Positions 29,724-35,709 of a stretch of 64,000 nucleotides of DNA are shown here, piece by piece. The position numbers and the translations under genes are program-made. The DNA is from a virus. The DNA lies in the IMG/VR virus record IMGVR_UViG_3300020045_001036, positions 1 through 64,000 of that record; one strand, given 5' to 3'. The notes under the pieces were generated by a model that was not told the DNA's origin, did not search any database, and saw only the letters and a list, made by a program, of their open reading frames with translations. Position 1 is the first letter of the stretch, and every line of letters starts with the position of its first letter.

Positions 29724-30044
29724 ATGTTTGTAAAAGTAGGAATGCAAGAATACCTAGTGTCATTTAATCATAACACAGAAGGTACTCCTATCTTTAACAA
29801 AAAAGGTAAAATTATTCAAAAAGAGAATAGACACACTAGGTGTATTATTAAGGAAGTGAATAATAGAATCAAAGGTGATGTCATAGGGGTTGGTTATTCA
29901 AAATGCCACCCTGAAGACTTCTTTGTTAAAGAAGAAGGAAGAATGCTATCTCTAATAGCAGCATTAAATGATGCTGAGTTTAGTAGAGAAGCAAAACAAA
30001 CGGTGTGCAATGCATACAAAAACAGAAAATCAATTAAATCATAA
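29724..30044 (+). CDS. Conserved phage hypothetical protein
   Basis: GYSKCHPEDFFVKEEGR motif. Confidence 0.6.
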   Translation: MFVKVGMQEYLVSFNHNTEGTPIFNKKGKIIQKENRHTRCIIKEVNNRIKGDVIGVGYSKCHPEDFFVKEEGRMLSLIAALNDAEFSREAKQTVCNAYKNRKSIKS

Positions 30045-30046
30045 GT

Positions 30047-30355
30047 ATGAAAAAAATATTATCATTATTAGTGCTTATTCTTATCTTTAGCTCTTGTACA
30101 GATGCTAATAAAGCTAAGTTATATGGCTATGGAAAAGATTTTAAAATTGAAATGCTTAGTTCTGCTACAGGACAAGTAATAAAAATTTATCATAGTTCTG
30201 GTAAAGTGAGTTCAGAGGGTCAATCTGATGGATATTATTTTATGGATCAAGAAACTGGTAAGCTGACAGAAATAGCAGGAGGTATAATTGTTATAACTCC
30301 TGAAGAATATGTTGCAACAGGAACCTTAATTCAGAAAGTAGATTCAATACAGTAA
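30047..30355 (+). CDS. Lipoprotein
   Basis: MKKILSLLVLILIFSSC lipobox. Confidence 0.75.
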   Translation: MKKILSLLVLILIFSSCTDANKAKLYGYGKDFKIEMLSSATGQVIKIYHSSGKVSSEGQSDGYYFMDQETGKLTEIAGGIIVITPEEYVATGTLIQKVDSIQ

Positions 30356-30712
30356 ACCAGTAAACATCAAACCTAAACATGATTCTAGTTGCGAGAGTGG
30401 AACAGATAAAAAGAGAGACCTACGTGTTAATGCCACACTAGTTAGGATGATTACAAAGAATACAACTAAGGGACCAAGCCTGCTTATATTTTTGGTGTGA
30501 GTTGCTAGTAAGTAGTTGTAATGTGTTGCCTCGTAAGAGGGAAGTATGAAGGAGATAGTTGAAATCTACCCAACACAATAATCTAATAACCCCAAGCACC
30601 ATAACTGATAACTTGGTATGCTGGGGTTAGAAGGTTATAAATAAGTTAAACAAGTCTTGTAGCTTCTCAGAGAGAGGGAAGGTTAGATTTTATAACTAAA
30701 TATAATACATAA

Positions 30713-31080
30713 GGGCCCGACTGGTTTTGAGGTGGGATTAGTAAGTACAAAAGGACAGCCAGAGAGACAACTGTAAACTAAGGTGAATTTATTTAAACGG
30801 AAAAGCACAAATCAAAGCCAATATGGCTAAAGTTATGACATTACTTAATGGTGGAACCTCTGTAGAGAGTGATACTGAAATGTTAATGGCAGCATAATTT
30901 AATACGCATGAGTTTCCTTGAACTATAAACAAGGTGGTGGAATCCAACTAAATCAGTTGGCTCTAATCTTCCACATTTAGTAGTGTTTAAAGGAAGTAAA
31001 AGATTAAATACTACAATAAGCTGTAATATCCTTAGTAATGAACGTTGCTATCGACCGGAGTTCGAATCTCCGCGGGTCCA
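30713..31080 (+). ncRNA. ssrA: tmRNA
   Basis: Acceptor GGGCCCG/CGGGTCC-A with G3-U70; GGTTTTGA; GAC-CGGAG-TTCGAAT-CTCCG T arm; tag ORF 30799-30897 ending AA-stop. Confidence 0.9.
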
Positions 31081-31096
31081 CTAAAACAATAGAGAT

Positions 31097-31303
31097 ATGA
31101 AAATATTTGAAATTCGTGAATACTCTAATGGAGGATTTCATGACCAAGGAGAAGCTATAGGTTATGCTAAAGAAAACTCTTTAGAAGAAGCTGAGGCAAA
31201 GCATAAACCAAATAATTGGTTTAGAGTTAGAGAAATCACTCAACAGAGATATGATTTTCTAAAGAAACAAGCTGAGGAAAACATGAAAAGGTTTACCTTA
31301 TAA
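31097..31303 (+). CDS. Hypothetical protein
   Basis: 68-aa ORF. Confidence 0.55.
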   Translation: MKIFEIREYSNGGFHDQGEAIGYAKENSLEEAEAKHKPNNWFRVREITQQRYDFLKKQAEENMKRFTL

Positions 31304-31321
31304 AATAAAAAGATTAAAATG

Positions 31322-31353
31322 TTTGTTTGTAAAGATTAGTATTTATATCTTTG
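31322..31353 (+). promoter_or_regulatory. Bacteroidota sigma-A promoter for the ncRNA/tRNA cluster
   Basis: TTTG-N20-TATCTTTG, 7 nt before Y-like copy 1. Confidence 0.8.
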
Positions 31354-31360
31354 CACAACA

Positions 31361-31439
31361 AAATAGAGTAGTTAAAGTTAAGTTACTTCAAAAAATATGG
31401 ATTTTTAAACAACAAACTTAACTCCTGTTCTCTCTATTT
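31361..31439 (+). ncRNA. Y-RNA-like element, copy 1
   Basis: AAATAGAG/CTCTATTT and AGTTAAGTT/AACTTAACT stems with TAGTTA, ACTTC and TTCT core. Confidence 0.7.
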
Positions 31440-31443
31440 AAAT

Positions 31444-31517
31444 TCCTCTCTAGCTCAATTGGTTAGAGCTCCGCACTGTTAATGCGGAGGTTCCTGGTTC
31501 GAGCCCAGGGAGAGGAG
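31444..31517 (+). tRNA. tRNA-Asn(GTT)
   Basis: Full cloverleaf, loop CTGTTAA. Confidence 0.95.
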
Positions 31518-31527
31518 CAATAAAAAC

Positions 31528-31602
31528 TGGGGGAAACGATAGTTCGAACCTATCTGGGGCCACAATAGTGTGGTTCTATCGTCTAGGGGATAGGACGCCC
31601 TA
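31528..31602 (+). ncRNA. Circularly permuted tRNA-like RNA (T arm - closed acceptor stem - D arm)
   Basis: The 3' half precedes the 5' half and all stems pair. Confidence 0.8.
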
Positions 31603-31610
31603 AAATTACA

Positions 31611-31733
31611 AATACAAGGTAGTTATAACTAAGTTACTTCAACTTTAGCTCATAGAGCAAATAACTTTTAATTATTCGGAACCAGTTAAATCTGGTATTT
31701 TGCAAACACCTTAGTTAGCATTCTCCTTGTATT
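31611..31733 (+). ncRNA. Y-RNA-like element, copy 2, with degenerate tRNA-Lys(TTT) insert
   Basis: AATACAAGG/CCTTGTATT and TAACTAAG/CTTAGTTA stems; internal D-, anticodon- and T-like arms. Confidence 0.75.
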
Positions 31734-31789
31734 ATTATTTCTTTATGTGAATTATATGTTGTACCTTTGTACATATTAATTCACATGTT

Positions 31790-32254
31790 ATGAACACAGA
31801 ACAATTTATACCTTGGTTTACAGGGTTATTTGAAGGAGAAGGATCCTTCTACATTACAAAAGGTATAGCAAAAGGCTTATCCTTGACATCTACAGATTTA
31901 GATGTGTTAGAGAGAATACAAGAGCATTTAGGTGGCAATATCTGTGCAAGTACAACAAAGAGAGAGCATTGGAAACAAGCCTATATTTGGACTATACACG
32001 GTATAAATGCTAAAAGGGTTGTAGAAAATATGCAACCATACCTTTTAAATAGAAGATTAAATAGATCCCAGGAATGGATATCTTTATATGATGCTAATGT
32101 AGAAATACAAGCAACTAAGAAATTAGAACAAGAACAAAAAATTCAACAAATTTTAATTTTAAGTGAAACAGGTTTAACACATTCTCAAATAGCTTCACAA
32201 ATGGGTTATGAAAGAAGTAGTGTAACTAAGATCATTAACAAGATTAGACCTTAG
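31790..32254 (+). CDS. Free-standing LAGLIDADG homing endonuclease with C-terminal HTH
   Basis: WFTGLFEGEGSF motif; TACCTTTG at 31762-31769. Confidence 0.85.
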   Translation: MNTEQFIPWFTGLFEGEGSFYITKGIAKGLSLTSTDLDVLERIQEHLGGNICASTTKREHWKQAYIWTIHGINAKRVVENMQPYLLNRRLNRSQEWISLYDANVEIQATKKLEQEQKIQQILILSETGLTHSQIASQMGYERSSVTKIINKIRP

Positions 32255-32283
32255 TCTCACCTTTCACACTAATCTTTATTATT

Positions 32284-32469
32284 ATGAGCAGAACTTTAAG
32301 AAGATCAAAAAAAGATAATAAAATATATCCAGAAGGACAATTTCCTAAAGTCTTTAGATATGTATGTAGATGTTCTTATTGTACAGGAGTAGATAAACAG
32401 ACTCTAGTTAATAAGATTCAAAAAAAAGAGTTAAAACAATTAATAAACTACAATGCAACATGGATTTAA
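32284..32469 (+). CDS. Small basic Cys-containing protein
   Basis: MSRTLRR...CRCSYC. Confidence 0.5.
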   Translation: MSRTLRRSKKDNKIYPEGQFPKVFRYVCRCSYCTGVDKQTLVNKIQKKELKQLINYNATWI

Positions 32470-32554
32470 ATAAATATCTAGTATTAGGAATATTAGGTTT
32501 AAATATTGCATTATATCTTTATATCTATATCGTAGATATAAAGAAAAATAAGAT

Positions 32555-32635
32555 AACACAATAGTAATGAGAAAGTTACTTCAACAAAATCTGTAACATT
32601 TTATAAAACCAACTTTCTTAAATGTTCTTTGTGTT
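32555..32635 (+). ncRNA. Y-RNA-like element, copy 3
   Basis: AACACAA/TTGTGTT and TGAGAAAGTT/AACTTTCTTA stems, same core. Confidence 0.7.
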
Positions 32636-32638
32636 TAT

Positions 32639-32712
32639 GGCCCTTTAGCTCAGCTTGGTAGAGCAGTTGACTCATAATCAAAAGGTCTCAGGTTCAAATC
32701 CTGGAGGGGCCA
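32639..32712 (+). tRNA. tRNA(CAT), likely Ile2
   Basis: GGCCCTT acceptor and GA-CTCATAA-TC, typical of Ile2. Confidence 0.85.
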
Positions 32713-32743
32713 CAACTAATTAATTAACTAAACAATTAAAATC

Positions 32744-32887
32744 ATGCCTAAAGTAAAAATAAAACAACAGACTCCACAAGAACGCGCTGATGCGTTCCAT
32801 AATTGGATGCAAAATAAAGTCAAATCTGTACATCTAGCTGATAATGCTAAAATGTCGGAAGCTTATGTAAAAGTATATAAAGCATAG
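32744..32887 (+). CDS. 47-aa hypothetical protein
   Basis: MPKVKIKQQTPQERADAFHNWM... Confidence 0.45.
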   Translation: MPKVKIKQQTPQERADAFHNWMQNKVKSVHLADNAKMSEAYVKVYKA

Positions 32888-32992
32888 CCCTATACTTGAT
32901 GGCTATAGGGTTTAAGTAAGCACATACATTCAGATAACATTACACACTAAGAACAATTGAATGTTCATTCTGACGTATGTGCTTTAAAATAT

Positions 32993-33063
32993 AGGATATA
33001 GTTATAAGTAAGTTACTTCAAAAACGCTATTTTTAAAAAAAACTTACTTAGCTTTCTTATCCT
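32993..33063 (+). ncRNA. Y-RNA-like element, copy 4
   Basis: AGGATA/TATCCT and TAAGTAAGTT/AACTTACTTA stems, same core. Confidence 0.7.
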
Positions 33064-33187
33064 TAAACTTAATGAGAGAACCGTGATATGCACCTTTAGG
33101 TAGTATAGAGCAAACGTCATACTCATTACAATACTAGTCCATACGGGTAGATGGTTAACTTGCTAATACCATGCAAGCTAGTAAAAT

Positions 33188-33258
33188 TGGGATATGGTGT
33201 AATGGTAACACAACTGTTTTTGGTGCAGTCTTTCAAGGTTCGAGTCCTTGTATCCCTA
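33188..33258 (+). tRNA. tRNA-Gln(TTG)
   Basis: Cloverleaf, loop TTTTGGT. Confidence 0.9.
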
Positions 33259-33442
33259 CTACTCTGTTTACACCTTTGTCATACAAAGTGGGGAGCCATG
33301 CCCAGAACACTGGTGAGTTTTGTATGTTATGTAGAAATTTAAACATTCAGGTCTTAGTTACTTGCAAATAACTAAGATAACAGTTAAGAAGTATATATCA
33401 GTATGTGCGAGTACACAGAACTATAGAGAGCTTAACTTTAAT

Positions 33443-33524
33443 GGCTATGTGGCGGAATTGGTAGACGCACTAGATTTAGGATCTAGCACCGTAAGGTTTG
33501 TGGGTTCGAGTCCCACCTAGGCCA
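33443..33524 (+). tRNA. tRNA-Leu(TAG)
   Basis: Cloverleaf with variable arm; two acceptor-stem mismatches. Confidence 0.85.
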
Positions 33525-33649
33525 CAGCAGTTACTTGATTCTCGTATAGTACAGTAACAATTATCAGGATATGAGATGTCCATGGATAGTCCTTTAGTGA
33601 TGTGGAATTCCATCCTAACATGCCTGAGTAGGAAAGCTTAGGCACCAAT

Positions 33650-33720
33650 GCGTGGGTGATGTAATGGTAACATGGTGGTCTCCAAAACCATTCTTAGAGG
33701 TTCGAGTCCTTTCCTGCGCG
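33650..33720 (+). tRNA. tRNA-Trp(CCA)
   Basis: Cloverleaf, loop CTCCAAA, G73. Confidence 0.9.
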
Positions 33721-33837
33721 CAAAGAGATAGTATATTTAAGTATATAGTAACTAGTATAACTGTTAGAGTAATTAATAATGTATGCGAAATAGTTATTCA
33801 ATTCTGAAAGCAATTTCTCTTTTTAAATGAAAAGTAT

Positions 33838-33999
33838 ATGGGATACAAAGATGAAAATACAAAGCACAGAGTAGGAGTGTTAACACCTAAAAAAGGTTTT
33901 AAATGTCCTAAATGTGGCGATGATAAAATTAAAGTTAAAGCTACACTTGTAGTATGTCCTTCTTGTAAGAAGATAGTAGACGGTAAATATTTAAAATAA
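33838..33999 (+). CDS. 53-aa zinc-ribbon protein
   Basis: CPKC...CPSC. Confidence 0.55.
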   Translation: MGYKDENTKHRVGVLTPKKGFKCPKCGDDKIKVKATLVVCPSCKKIVDGKYLK

Positions 34000-34066
34000 A
34001 GATTAAGGGTCTTGTAATGTATACACATCTAAGATTGTCACTTATCCATGTGGGTATCTTTATTAT

Positions 34067-34139
34067 GGTCCTGTAGCTCAGTTGGTAGAGCACCTGCCTG
34101 AAGAGCGGGGTGTCAGAAGTTCGAGTCTTCTTGGGACCA
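34067..34139 (+). tRNA. tRNA-Phe(GAA)
   Basis: Cloverleaf, loop CTGAAGA. Confidence 0.9.
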
Positions 34140-34200
34140 CAAATGTGATTAAACTTTTTCTATGGGGTCACAAAGAGATATATCTCTACATAGAAGCAAT

Positions 34201-34272
34201 GGCCTATTCGTCTATTGGTTAGGACCCCAGGTTTTCAGCCTGGTAAGAACAGTTCGACTCTGTTATAGGCTA
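34201..34272 (+). tRNA. tRNA-Glu(TTC)
   Basis: Cloverleaf, loop TTTTCAG. Confidence 0.9.
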
Positions 34273-34277
34273 CAAAT

Positions 34278-34351
34278 CGTGAGGTAGAGCAGATGGTTAG
34301 CTTGCTGGGCTCATAACCCAGAGGTCGGTGGTTCGAATCCACCCCTCGCAA
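34278..34351 (+). tRNA. Initiator tRNA-fMet(CAT)
   Basis: C1:A72 mismatch and three G-C pairs in the anticodon stem. Confidence 0.92.
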
Positions 34352-34407
34352 CTAAAGTGGAGTATACGTGTAGTAACCACAAGATTGATATCATCTACTA
34401 CACTCTA

Positions 34408-34486
34408 GGGTTTATGGCAGAGCGGTCGAATGCGGCAGACTGTAAATCTGTTATCCCACACCGTGGTTCGAATCCACGTGGACCCA
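34408..34486 (+). tRNA. tRNA-Tyr(GTA)
   Basis: Cloverleaf, loop CTGTAAA; unpaired 10-nt variable region. Confidence 0.88.
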
Positions 34487-34534
34487 CAACAAGTCCCTCT
34501 AGACATGGATTGTTAAGTTTGTTATTAGTTAATT

Positions 34535-34564
34535 AACCCTGCATAGCAATATGTGGGGTTTTTT
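34535..34564 (+). terminator. Terminator ending the tRNA cluster
   Basis: AACCCTGCATA-GCAA-TATGTGGGGTT followed by a T-run. Confidence 0.75.
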
Positions 34565-34597
34565 GTGTCTAGTAGGTCAAGATTAAATTTGAGAATT

Positions 34598-35263
34598 ATG
34601 TTGAAGAAGAATAAAAAAAGTAGAGTACTAATAATAGGAGATCTACATGAACCTTTTAGTTTAAAAGGGTATATGAAACATTGTAAAGATGTTTACAAAA
34701 AACACAATTGTGATACAGTAGTATTTATAGGCGATATCATTGACAATCATGCTAGTTCTTATCATGAGTCTGACCCTGATGGGCATAGTGCGGGGAGTGA
34801 GTTAGATTTAGCAATTAATAAAATTAAATGTTGGTATAGAGCTTTTCCTAAAGCCACTGTGATTATAGGTAATCATGATAGACTAATATTCAGAAAAGCA
34901 TTTAGTTCCGGCATTCCAAAAAGATGGATTAAGAACTATTCAGAAATATTAAAAACTCCAGGATGGGATTTTAGGGAATCTGTTGAGATAGATGGTATAT
35001 CTTATATTCACGGAGAAGGTGGTACAGCTAGAAATAGAGTTAGAAAAGATCTTTGTTCTATAGTGCAAGGTCACTTACATACACAATCTTATACAGAATG
35101 GGTAGTAGGTAAAAACTTCAAAATATTTGCTATGCAAGTAGGTTGTGGTATTGATGCTAAGGCCTATGCTATGGCTTATGCTAAAAACTTTCCAAAACCT
35201 GCAATTAGTTGTGGAGTAGTCTTAGAAGGAGACACAGCATTAAATGAAATGATGAATTTATAA
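34598..35263 (+). CDS. Calcineurin-like metallophosphoesterase
   Basis: GDLH, GDIID, GNHD, HG, GHLH; GTG at 34553 lies within the terminator, so ATG 34598 is preferred. Confidence 0.85.
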   Translation: MLKKNKKSRVLIIGDLHEPFSLKGYMKHCKDVYKKHNCDTVVFIGDIIDNHASSYHESDPDGHSAGSELDLAINKIKCWYRAFPKATVIIGNHDRLIFRKAFSSGIPKRWIKNYSEILKTPGWDFRESVEIDGISYIHGEGGTARNRVRKDLCSIVQGHLHTQSYTEWVVGKNFKIFAMQVGCGIDAKAYAMAYAKNFPKPAISCGVVLEGDTALNEMMNL

Positions 35264-35709
35264 TTTTCATAAAAAGTTAAAAACAAGTTGGTGATACTAC
35301 ACACCTAAGCTCTATGCATCTCAACAAATAGTATAAATTATAGTACAAACTTGTCTGAAAGGACTTGGCTTTTATCTATTAGATAGAAGCTGAGTCCTTT
35401 ACAGAAGAAGGTATTGGTGTCTTTTGTATTAGACAGATGGTTGAACATGATCCAACTTGGTTTTATTTATTTTGAGTATTTCTTCCCAGTTATATTTACC
35501 CCGTTAGAAACTGTATGCACTTGTGCTACACTAACAAAAATTTAGTTTCTAACAGTATTCTTTGGAAACCCTCTATTTACAATATCTTATTTATTGATAA
35601 CACTCTCTGCTTAGAGTGTTTACCAATGATCAGATAACGTAGATTTAGGGTTTCCTTTTTTCTTTTTCTCAAGGGATACTAGAAGGAATGTAAATTAAAT
35701 TGAGGAAAT

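Noticed and set aside
30522-30629. RNase P RNA, hammerhead ribozyme or riboswitch
   Set aside because: Lacks GAGGAAAGUCC, a complete CUGAUGA/GAAA core or a recognisable aptamer consensus; kept only as unknown structured modules
31361-33063. AAGTTACTTCAA repeats as a CRISPR array
   Set aside because: Irregular spacing, short core, embedded in covarying stems; no cas genes
33151-33371. ORF-track proteins of 63 and 66 aa
   Set aside because: They overlap tRNA-Gln and structured modules; spurious
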